A DNA stretch of 64,000 nucleotides, taken from contig CAVAWT010000007.1 in the NCBI GenBank assembly GCA_963592435.1, positions 1,297 through 65,296 on the forward strand, given 5' to 3'. Every line of letters begins with the position of its first letter. The stretch's first letter is position 1. Source of the stretch: Oribacterium sp. (lineage in GTDB: Bacteria; Actinomycetota; Coriobacteriia; Coriobacteriales; Eggerthellaceae). The notes beneath the pieces are model-generated. The model was given only the letters and a program-made list of their open reading frames with translations, was not told the origin of the DNA and made no database searches. Both the position numbers and the translations under genes were made by a program. Of the stretch, positions 8,576 through 17,062 are shown piece after piece.

Positions 8576-10676
8576 TGAGAGAAATTTTTTAAGAAGAAAT
8601 CTTACTATCGATACTGCCCTTGACGTAATTGCTGAACTCGAAGACAACAGCGGTTTATCCAAAGGGATGCTTGTTAAGCGAAAAGACTACAACAATCAAG
8701 TCCTTTTTGAAAGCGAAAATTATTTCTATAAAATCTACGAAAGCCCGATTGAAGGTGCAGGATCGTTTGTTACCGAGATAAGGAAAGCAATAGCCTTTGA
8801 ATATGAAAAGCTAGGTATTAACTGGGAACTTTTCACTTTTGTTCGTGGAAATCAAAGATATGATTTTGAGAGGCGAGAAAAGTTGAGGGTCGCCAATGAG
8901 GATGACGGGCAATTTGGCGAACTATTTTTGTCTTTTTCGAACATTCTGGATAAAGTTGAATGCAGTTTGGAATTTCCACATATTTTGAGCCAGCTTCATG
9001 AAAATGAACTTTTTCGAGATGTCGCAGATCTAAAATTATTAAGGTGTTGCGTAAACAAATTCGATGACTATGCCTATTTCAATAACCAAGTCGTCCTTTT
9101 GGATGATGCGGATTTCTACATCGCTCTTGTCGATTTGGAGGGATCCCCAGTTAGAATCACGAATCCACGTGCTTCATTGAAGATTGATTTGTCGTATGGG
9201 AATTTTGTTTTCAGGAAGCTTGCTGTTCATTATTTAAATGATGGTTCTAATAAATTATATGATCGTCAATTCGATGAAGTAGTGAATGGGTGGTTCTTGT
9301 TTCAGGGGGAAGAGGAAGGGACAAGCCCCCCTCGAGAGAGGAATTTCTCCCGAAATTTAAAATCTGATGGTAATGACATGTTATTATTAGAAAATAGTGA
9401 AAGTAGAATTTCAAGTCGAGTGCATACGGATATCCAGCAGGGGATTCGCCTTATTGAACATGAGGATGCACTTGGGAAAATGTTGTTGCTTAAATACCCA
9501 GATTTTTTTGGTGATGGAAGTGAAAGTGAGGGCAAGAAATTGAATAATGACCACGACTATACTGAGGAAGAACTTCTTTATCATAACAATTTAGGACGGC
9601 GATCATTTCAGTGGGAACTTTGGCAGTGTTGCAACAATTTGTGCAAATTTTGTTTCTTGGGAAAGGCAAACAGACACACAGACAAAGAGAGGCAACTTAA
9701 AAGTCTCCAAGACCTTTTGAGGGCTTTGGACTCTTTAGATTATAAGCAGTATAATGCGGTGTCTTTGATAGGGGGTGAGTTCTTTCAGGGTCAGCTTGCT
9801 GATGAAGATGTAAGGACTCTTTTTTTTAGGGTGATTGATAAGCTCTGTGATTTGTATACAACTAAAAAGATAGGAGCTATCTGGATAACAGCTGCATTGA
9901 CCCTTGGAGATCAAGCGGATTTGTATAAAACACTTGATATATTTGAAGAAGCAGGAGTTAGGCCGTTACCACAGTATGGCGCAAGTGGGGTTTGGATTTG
10001 TACGAGCTGGGATCCTCAAGGGAGGTTTCACTCTAAAAAAAGCGAGGAAAATTGGGAGTTTCACATGAAAAACATGGATGCCTATTATCCATGGATTAAA
10101 AAAAATACAACGATTATTCTTACGCAAAAAGTGTGCGAAATGTATCTAAATGGCGAGTTTGCCCCTAGGGATTTTATGAGTAAGTTTCGGACACTGCTAT
10201 TTTATAAACAGCCTGGGTTTTATGAATCAGATGCCGAGGGACGAAATCCAGATAATTACGAAGATATTGGTCTGAACATGGATAATGTTGATGACTTTTT
10301 AACCTTTATTAAGCATAAGCTCCAAAAAGAGATAGGCTTCGATTTTTTTCCTGAGAGAAGCACCTTTATGAAGTTTTTGATTAAGTATGCAAAAGAAGAC
10401 CCAGACACATACGAAAGATTGTTTAACATTAAATTCAGAGCTGACGAGCTACATAAAAACTATAATCAAGAGTTTGAAGAATTCGCGCAAATTAGAGATA
10501 AGGAATCAAATCTTGAATCAGATGTTGAGACTGAGAGCCTAACAAATCCTAATTGCTTGATCGAGGATACTGATGACAGGCATATTATTAATTATGCGGC
10601 TTACATCGACAGCAATGCATGCATGATTTGTGATAGGAACAAAGTTTGGGAAGCTGTTCGTGGGACAAGGAGGTAA
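8568..10676 (+). CDS. Fusion protein: partner domain B (long subtype, B1) + intact radical-SAM-like 'A' domain (A1)
   Basis: In-frame ATG at 8568 overlaps the upstream stop (8573-8575) by 8 nt; the track's 8454 start lies inside C1. The B part has 'YFYKIYE', 'FDDYAYF', 'LLDDADF', 'SYGNFVF' and 'GWFLF'. The A part has 'FQWELWQCCNNLCKFC' (CNNLCKFC = nt 9630-9653), 'LIGGEFFQGQ', 'ICTSWD..GRF', 'IILTQK' and C-terminal 'NPNC..H..NACMICD'. Confidence 0.75.
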   Translation, partial: AYDERNFLRRNLTIDTALDVIAELEDNSGLSKGMLVKRKDYNNQVLFESENYFYKIYESPIEGAGSFVTEIRKAIAFEYEKLGINWELFTFVRGNQRYDFERREKLRVANEDDGQFGELFLSFSNILDKVECSLEFPHILSQLHENELFRDVADLKLLRCCVNKFDDYAYFNNQVVLLDDADFYIALVDLEGSPVRITNPRASLKIDLSYGNFVFRKLAVHYLNDGSNKLYDRQFDEVVNGWFLFQGEEEGTSPPRERNFSRNLKSDGNDMLLLENSESRISSRVHTDIQQGIRLIEHEDALGKMLLLKYPDFFGDGSESEGKKLNNDHDYTEEELLYHNNLGRRSFQWELWQCCNNLCKFCFLGKANRHTDKERQLKSLQDLLRALDSLDYKQYNAVSLIGGEFFQGQLADEDVRTLFFRVIDKLCDLYTTKKIGAIWITAALTLGDQADLYKTLDIFEEAGVRPLPQYGASGVWICTSWDPQGRFHSKKSEENWEFHMKNMDAYYPWIKKNTTIILTQKVCEMYLNGEFAPRDFMSKFRTLLFYKQPGFYESDAEGRNPDNYEDIGLNMDNVDDFLTFIKHKLQKEIGFDFFPERSTFMKFLIKYAKEDPDTYERLFNIKFRADELHKNYNQEFEEFAQIRDKESNLESDVETESLTNPNCLIEDTDDRHIINYAAYIDSNACMICDRNKVWEAVRGTRR

Positions 10677-10679
10677 TTT

Positions 10680-11630
10680 ATGGGGACACTCGAATTTATT
10701 ATGTGGAACAACTGTGCAAATAACTGTAAGTTTTGTTGGCAGAGGCTTTTTGATGATAAAACAACATTCTTGGACGAAAAAGAGCAACTGGAGTGCATTC
10801 AGCAATGTTCAGATATGATTAGAAAAAATGCAAAAGGATGTGATCTCTTATTAGTTGGAGGCGAAGTTTATTCTGATCAGGGCCCAAAGGTTAATACAGC
10901 ACTGAAAAAGCTTTATGAGCAAATCTCGGAGAAAGTCAAGAGGGAAGAAGTCCGATTTCTCTATGCGAACACAAGCCTGACCTACAAGAATCTCGACAAT
11001 TTAAAAAATTTATTAGATGTTTTTGAAGGGATAGAGGAGCATTTAAAATTCACAACCAGTTATGATCTTGAAGGAAGATATGACACAGAACCTGCTTCTA
11101 ATCTTGATAACAAACTTCATAATGGAACTGATTGTGTTGTGGATAGGCGAGAGCAAATGCTGAGCAATCTTGCTTATATCCATGAAAATTACCCGAAGAT
11201 TAATGTTGTCGTTAACACGATAATCACGAGGGCTGTTGCCGATGCTGTCTTGACTAAGAATAGGGATGAAAAATATGATCCATTGTGGTTTATGGATGCC
11301 TATCCTAATACGGTTGTATGGGTCAACTTGATTCCTTATATACCAATTGAGGGGTACACAGGGTTGGATGTTAGGTTTAGCGAAACAATAAAGGTACTCG
11401 AAGCGGCGAACAAAAAACTTCCTGGCTATCTCGAATCTTATCTTATGCAACTAGATTTAAATCAGGACAAGACATTATTTGAATATCACTCAGACTCAGG
11501 GTTTATTGAGAGAACAGCTCCGCAACTTGAGTGTGGACATAATGAAAATTTTAAACTAGTAAATCGAGCTGACGAGTGCTATATTTGCAGGTTAAAAGAT
11601 TATTTCACAGCAAATAGAGATAGATTCTAA
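10680..11630 (+). CDS. Radical-SAM-like protein, short 'C' subfamily (C2)
   Basis: ATG lies 6 nt after 'AGGAGG' and 3 nt after the previous stop. 'CANNCKFC', 'LVGGEVY', 'TTSYDLEGRY', 'NTIITR', C-terminal 'ADECYICR'. Confidence 0.7.
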   Translation: MGTLEFIMWNNCANNCKFCWQRLFDDKTTFLDEKEQLECIQQCSDMIRKNAKGCDLLLVGGEVYSDQGPKVNTALKKLYEQISEKVKREEVRFLYANTSLTYKNLDNLKNLLDVFEGIEEHLKFTTSYDLEGRYDTEPASNLDNKLHNGTDCVVDRREQMLSNLAYIHENYPKINVVVNTIITRAVADAVLTKNRDEKYDPLWFMDAYPNTVVWVNLIPYIPIEGYTGLDVRFSETIKVLEAANKKLPGYLESYLMQLDLNQDKTLFEYHSDSGFIERTAPQLECGHNENFKLVNRADECYICRLKDYFTANRDRF

Positions 11631-11664
11631 GCTAGGGTGGACAGTTTCGGTGTTTTAATTTGAT

Positions 11665-12771
11665 TTGAAGAGAATGAATTGCGATGGAGAAAAATGTGGC
11701 AGGAAGTCATTTCAATGGCAACTTTGGGAATCCTGCAACAATATGTGCCCTTTCTGTTATCTTGGAAAGGCAATAAGGTCCAGTGATTCCACATATCAAT
11801 TTGAGAGTTTAGAGAACTTAAAAAGAGCATTAACCTCATTAGATTATTCAATTTTCGGTAACATTTCTCTTATAGGTGGCGAATTTTTCCAGGGTCAATT
11901 GGGGGATGCCAAGGTCAGAAATTCATTTTTTGAATTAATAGAAATGTTATGTAAGCTTTATTTGCAGAAAAAAATTGATTCAATATGGATCACCTCTACT
12001 CTTACAACAGGAGACCAAGCAGATTTATATAAGACCATAGATATTTTTGAGCAGGCAGGAGTTGAGCCCAAAGACGATAATCCATGTAGTGGAATTTGGA
12101 TTTGTACGAGTTGGGATTCAAAAGGAAGGTTTAGAACTGATAAGCAGAAGAAAAATTGGGAATTTCATATGACGAGACTTAGTGATGAACATCCAAGCAT
12201 TAAGAAGAACACCTCAATCATATTGATGCAAGACTTTTGCGAGAGCTATCTCAACAACAGTTTTAGACCAAAGGAGTTTATGGAGCAGTTTAAAACGACA
12301 CTTTCTTTTAAACAACCAGGATTGTTTATATATGGAGAGAAGGGCTTTGATGAATTGGTGAGAAGCGGGACGGCATCTGAAGATACTTTTGTTGATGAAT
12401 TTGTGACTCGGAGAAAACATTATTTTGAGGATCTGACGGGCTTTCGGTTCTATCCCAAAAGGGAGACATTCAGAAAGTTTTTGGTTAAGTACGCTCGAGA
12501 GGATTTAGAAACATTTGACTTCATTATGAACAATGCTCTAAGGGCGGATGTAGTGCATCAAAACTTGACGGGAGAAGCTGAAGATTATGTTGAGAGAAAT
12601 AAAGGTTCAAACATTTTTTCAAGTTCAGCAGTCGAATGCGTCATCAATAGCAATTGCAGGATTCAAGATAGGATGAAAAAGCACGTTATTAATTATGCGG
12701 CATATTATGATTCAAATGAATGTATGCTTTGCGACCTTTTGCAAATTAGAGACAGCTTGATAGGTGTTTAA
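11665..12771 (+). CDS. Radical-SAM-like protein, long 'A' subfamily (A2)
   Basis: 'FQWQLWESCNNMCPFC', 'LIGGEFFQGQ', 'ICTSWDSKGRF', 'SIILMQ', C-terminal 'NSNC..KH..SNECMLCD'. The start may be TTG 11665 or ATG 11674. Confidence 0.7.
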   Translation: MKRMNCDGEKCGRKSFQWQLWESCNNMCPFCYLGKAIRSSDSTYQFESLENLKRALTSLDYSIFGNISLIGGEFFQGQLGDAKVRNSFFELIEMLCKLYLQKKIDSIWITSTLTTGDQADLYKTIDIFEQAGVEPKDDNPCSGIWICTSWDSKGRFRTDKQKKNWEFHMTRLSDEHPSIKKNTSIILMQDFCESYLNNSFRPKEFMEQFKTTLSFKQPGLFIYGEKGFDELVRSGTASEDTFVDEFVTRRKHYFEDLTGFRFYPKRETFRKFLVKYAREDLETFDFIMNNALRADVVHQNLTGEAEDYVERNKGSNIFSSSAVECVINSNCRIQDRMKKHVINYAAYYDSNECMLCDLLQIRDSLIGV

Positions 12772-12782
12772 TGTGCTAAAGG

Positions 12783-13676
12783 GTGAGAATAGACCCACTT
12801 TTAAGCTCCGAGACTAATGAGAATTGGCAAATTTTGAACAATACCACCAAAAATACTAGTAATGCGGACTTGCTGAGTGAGACGGAGATAAAGAATGTAC
12901 TTTTTGAAACTTATTCTTTTGAAGGCGAATGCGAGGTAATAAAAAATAAGGATAATTGTTGTGTTATTAAAGAAGGGGATCATTTTTATAAAATAAGAAG
13001 ATGCGATGAAGGCGACTTTAGCAATTGCTTCAATTTTGCAATATGGAGAGCATATTCTGACGTTTTAAGAGAGATGGGGATACTATGGGATTTCTCTTTA
13101 CTAAAGAGAGAAGATTTTATCTATGCCATCCAAAAAAGAGAGAAGTTGGTTGCCCTTTCTGATGGTCCGTTCGAGGCGGACGAGCTCTTTCAAAAAAGTT
13201 CACGCTTGAGAAAAAAACTAGAAAAAAAATTGGAATTGCCGTCTTTAATGTCTCAATTGAAGCAACATAGATCCTTTAGTAAGGCAGAAGCTATCATTTT
13301 GGCAAGTGAAAAGCCAGATGATTGTTCTGATTATGCGCTTTTTGGCGAAGAGCTCATCCAGCTGAGAGATTCTGGTTGGTTTTTGACGATGTTGGATCAT
13401 GATGGCAATTTAGCAACTCACATTCTCCCAGATGTGGTCGAGGTAGAACTCTCGTATGGGGGGTTCTTTTTTGGGATGGTTGAGGAATTTGTTGATGGAA
13501 TTCCTCAACTTGATAAAGTTGTTGAAAGCTCTCCTCATTGGTGGCTATTTGAAAAAAATGGTATTGATTTTGCGACAGCCCATCAAGAGAAAGTTGGCGA
13601 ATTTATCGAAATGATACAAAATAATATTAGATTTCTTGCTGGTAAAGAAGATGTTGACATTATTGCTACTGACTAA
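12783..13676 (+). CDS. Partner domain B protein, short subtype (B2)
   Basis: 'CCVIKEGDHFYKIRR', 'SDYALF', 'LRDSGWFL', 'LSYGGFFF', 'HWWLFE'. Same motif order as the other B copies. Confidence 0.65.
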   Translation: MRIDPLLSSETNENWQILNNTTKNTSNADLLSETEIKNVLFETYSFEGECEVIKNKDNCCVIKEGDHFYKIRRCDEGDFSNCFNFAIWRAYSDVLREMGILWDFSLLKREDFIYAIQKREKLVALSDGPFEADELFQKSSRLRKKLEKKLELPSLMSQLKQHRSFSKAEAIILASEKPDDCSDYALFGEELIQLRDSGWFLTMLDHDGNLATHILPDVVEVELSYGGFFFGMVEEFVDGIPQLDKVVESSPHWWLFEKNGIDFATAHQEKVGEFIEMIQNNIRFLAGKEDVDIIATD

Positions 13677-13693
13677 CAAGTTGATGCATATAA

Positions 13694-15778
13694 ATGTCTA
13701 ACAGAATCGCTGAATTAAAGGCGTTGGCCACAAACTTTATTTTAGGGAATATGAAAGAGGATTTAAGACACGACTCTCAAAGTGACTCAATTACAGGACA
13801 ATTCTTGGATGTCCTTCGCAATTCTAACGCACCTAATGGGTTAGTAGGCGAAGATGAGTTGCATAAATTCAAACCATTTAACCATCAGTTGGTTTTAGAG
13901 ACTGAGGAAATTTTTTATAAAATTTATGAGAGGGATGAAAGCGAGCTTGCTAGGTTTTATTCTGAGATCAGGAGCAACCTATCACAATTATATGAGGAGC
14001 TCGGGCTAGAATGGGAGGTCCTGACAGTTTGGAGGGACGGGATCACGACTGACATTGAAAAACGACAAAAGGTCAAGGTTTTATCTAGGGACTCGATGTC
14101 ATTTAAAGATGCACTGAGATCTTTCTCTGTGATTTTGGCAGAACTAGAGAATAGGTTGGAGTTTCCGGATATTTTAAGGCAATTGAAGAGACTTCCAGAG
14201 TTTTCGAACATTGAGAAATTGAAACTAATTAGATTGACAGCAAACAAATTTGATGATTATGCAGTTTTTGATGATCAAGTTGTCTTGCTTGACGACACTG
14301 ACTGGTGCATCGCACTTGTCAATTATGATGGAGAACCTGCGAATGTGGAACCTCAACTCACCCCGAGAGTTCACACAGGATATGGCGATTTTTTGTTCGT
14401 TAATCATTTTGTAAATGTCATCAAAGATGGGGATTTGAATTATCACTTTGAGGAGTGTCCAATTGCTGGTGCTGGAAGTTGGTGGAATTTAAAAAGCGTG
14501 GATTTTGATAATAGTGGCCAAGAATCTAAGAATTTCCTATCATTAGTCACACCAGATAAAGTTCGGGAAAGCAGGCTTATGACTGGCAGTTCTGAAAGAA
14601 GATTAATAAATGACATTGCGTTAATGAAGCAAGGAAACATAATAGGGGCGGATGCGGACGACACTCATAGTGATAAAAATAGATCAGGGGAGAATGCTTT
14701 CATGATATACGAGTTGCCTTTTAGTGAACAAAGCATGAGAAGCGTTGCAGAATGGGACGCAGGGTTTGATATTAGCAAAGAAAGGTTACATCGGTGTTCT
14801 GGTTTAGATGATGAATTGATTGTTTCTGAAGACTTGCGAAAAGTGAGTGAGGAGCTTGATGTATTCGAAGAACTTGGCTGCGATACAATTGCCTTAAAGG
14901 GTAACTTCTTTGAAGGAGTACTGGAGCAACAAAAGGCGAGAAATGGTTTTCGTGAATTGATGAGGAAATGTTGCGACTTGCGCAGGGATGGTGTGCTGAA
15001 ACAATTGTGGATAACTGCTCCCTTGAGTAAAGGACCACAGATTGATTTATATAACACACTTGATTTTCTGGAAGCTTCAGGATTTAATTCTCCAAACGAG
15101 GATGCCAGTGATGGTTTGTGGTTGTGCACACAATGGAACCCCGTGGACTTTATGTCGACGAAGGAGATGAAAAATTGGAAATTTCAAATGAAGAACATTT
15201 ACAATTATTACCCTTGGATTAAGAAGCATACAGATATAGTTTTGACTCAGGGACTTTGTGAGTTCTACCTAAGTGGAAAGTATAAACCGCATGAATTTGC
15301 TGGTAACTACAAAACCTCAATTAGTTACAGCATCCCGAGAATTTTAAACCCTACTGCTAATGCAGTTCGCCAAGACAGAATCGCAAAATCTAATATGGAC
15401 TCAGATAGCGAATTAATTGAAAGACGCCTTTTAGACCTTAAGGCAGAGATGTTCAAAAACACAAACGGAAATTATTTGCCAAAAAGGAACACATTTAGAA
15501 AATTTTTATATAAATATGAGATGGAGGATAAGGATTCCAGCTCGTTAATACTCCTTGCTCGAACTGGAGACAAAAGAGCGATTGTATCGTTGGGCAAAAA
15601 GGGTGGCTCTGCTGCTCGACGGGTGGGGGTGATAAAAGATGTGAAAACTAAAGGAGAAGTCCTAAATCCTTTCTGTAGAGAACTTGATGCAGAGGATAGG
15701 CATCCACTGAATTTTTCTTTTTATGAAGATTCAAGTGTTTGTGCTTTTTGCGATATCAAACAGGTTATTCAAGGATGA
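13694..15778 (+). CDS. Fusion protein: B (long subtype, B3) + degenerate A domain lacking the CxxxCxxC triad (A3)
   Basis: The B part has 'IFYKIYE', 'FDDYAVF', 'LLDDTDW' and 'GYGDFLF'. In the A part, where paralogs read 'FQWELW.CNN.C.FC..GK..HTDKERQL' this copy reads 'SVAEWDAGFDISKERLH' with no Cys triad, and 'LIGGEFFQGQ' is replaced by 'ALKGNFFEGV'. The downstream A motifs ('LCTQWN', 'DIVLTQ', 'RNTFRKFLYKY', 'SSVCAFCD') are retained. Confidence 0.7.
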   Translation: MSNRIAELKALATNFILGNMKEDLRHDSQSDSITGQFLDVLRNSNAPNGLVGEDELHKFKPFNHQLVLETEEIFYKIYERDESELARFYSEIRSNLSQLYEELGLEWEVLTVWRDGITTDIEKRQKVKVLSRDSMSFKDALRSFSVILAELENRLEFPDILRQLKRLPEFSNIEKLKLIRLTANKFDDYAVFDDQVVLLDDTDWCIALVNYDGEPANVEPQLTPRVHTGYGDFLFVNHFVNVIKDGDLNYHFEECPIAGAGSWWNLKSVDFDNSGQESKNFLSLVTPDKVRESRLMTGSSERRLINDIALMKQGNIIGADADDTHSDKNRSGENAFMIYELPFSEQSMRSVAEWDAGFDISKERLHRCSGLDDELIVSEDLRKVSEELDVFEELGCDTIALKGNFFEGVLEQQKARNGFRELMRKCCDLRRDGVLKQLWITAPLSKGPQIDLYNTLDFLEASGFNSPNEDASDGLWLCTQWNPVDFMSTKEMKNWKFQMKNIYNYYPWIKKHTDIVLTQGLCEFYLSGKYKPHEFAGNYKTSISYSIPRILNPTANAVRQDRIAKSNMDSDSELIERRLLDLKAEMFKNTNGNYLPKRNTFRKFLYKYEMEDKDSSSLILLARTGDKRAIVSLGKKGGSAARRVGVIKDVKTKGEVLNPFCRELDAEDRHPLNFSFYEDSSVCAFCDIKQVIQG

Positions 15779-15869
15779 ATGATGCTCTTAGAATAGGGGT
15801 TTGAGCACTTAGCGTATGATAAAATTTAAATAGACTTCTTAATAGTATTAATGTATTTGCGAGGCTATC

Positions 15870-17018
15870 ATGTTGATTGACGGTTTTAATTATAACGAGG
15901 AAGAACTTCTGTATTATAACAATCTTGTAAAAAGATCGTTTCAATGGGAGCTATGGCAATCATGCAACAATGTCTGTACTTTTTGTTATATTGGAAAGGA
16001 CAACAGGCACACGGATAAAGAGCGTCAGCTGGAAAGTTTGAACGATTTAAAGAAAAATCTTGCAACTCTTGACTTTGACCAATATAATAATGTTTCTCTC
16101 ATCGGCGGAGAGTTCTTTCAGGGGCAGATGGATGATAAAGACGTCAATAATTTATTTTTTGAGGTAATAGACATCATTAGCGATCTTTATCTTCAAAAGA
16201 AGATTGGATCAATATGGATCGCTGCAACCTTGACAATTGGTGATCAATCTGATTTATATAAAATGTTGGATGTTTTTGAAAAGAAAGGCGTTAGACCAAT
16301 CCCAAAGTATGAATCTAGTGGACTTTGGATATGTACTAGCTGGGATGCTGAAGGAAGATTTTTGAATGAAAAAAGAAAAGAAACGTGGGAATACCACATG
16401 AAGAACATTCAGAAGAAATATCCATGGGTAAAGAAGAATACGACGATTATATTAATGCAGAAGTTTTGCGAGATGTATCTTAATGGAGACTTTGTTCCAA
16501 GGAGGTTTATGAAAGAATTTTCGACTGGCATCTTTTATAAACAACCTGGACTCCTGACGCAACAAAAAGCGGAGAACATGACTAAAGGAGGAATTCCCGA
16601 AATCGTTGCATTTGAAAGAGATGGTAAAATTGACGACTATTTAACAAGTGTGAAAGCAGAAATTGAACAGGAGTTTGGCTTCAGATTCTATCCCTACAGA
16701 AACACGTTCAGAAAATTCTTAATCAAATATGCAAAGGATGACAGTGATACTTTTGGAAAATTGTTCAATATAAAATACAGAGCCGATGAACTCCACCGCA
16801 ATTTTAATGAGATCGGCCAAAGAAGCGATCATTTTCGTGATAAGCACTCCAACATAGAAAACAATTCCTCAACTGAGGTGGTCATCAATCCAAATTGTTT
16901 GGTTGAGCCATTTGAATTGAAGCATGTGACGGGCTATGCAACTTACTCAGATTGCAACAATTGCATGCTTTGTGACAGAAATCAAATTTGGGCTGGTGTC
17001 CAGAACGGAACTATTTAG
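15870..17018 (+). CDS. Radical-SAM-like protein, long 'A' subfamily (A4)
   Basis: 'FQWELWQSCNNVCTFC', 'HTDKERQL', 'LIGGEFFQGQ', 'ICTSWDAEGRF', 'TIILMQK', 'RNTFRKFLIKYAK', C-terminal 'NPNC..KH..CNNCMLCD'. Confidence 0.75.
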   Translation: MLIDGFNYNEEELLYYNNLVKRSFQWELWQSCNNVCTFCYIGKDNRHTDKERQLESLNDLKKNLATLDFDQYNNVSLIGGEFFQGQMDDKDVNNLFFEVIDIISDLYLQKKIGSIWIAATLTIGDQSDLYKMLDVFEKKGVRPIPKYESSGLWICTSWDAEGRFLNEKRKETWEYHMKNIQKKYPWVKKNTTIILMQKFCEMYLNGDFVPRRFMKEFSTGIFYKQPGLLTQQKAENMTKGGIPEIVAFERDGKIDDYLTSVKAEIEQEFGFRFYPYRNTFRKFLIKYAKDDSDTFGKLFNIKYRADELHRNFNEIGQRSDHFRDKHSNIENNSSTEVVINPNCLVEPFELKHVTGYATYSDCNNCMLCDRNQIWAGVQNGTI

Positions 17019-17062
17019 GATTTCAAGAGGCGCATACTGAACTGATACTTTAAGGTGTTCTA

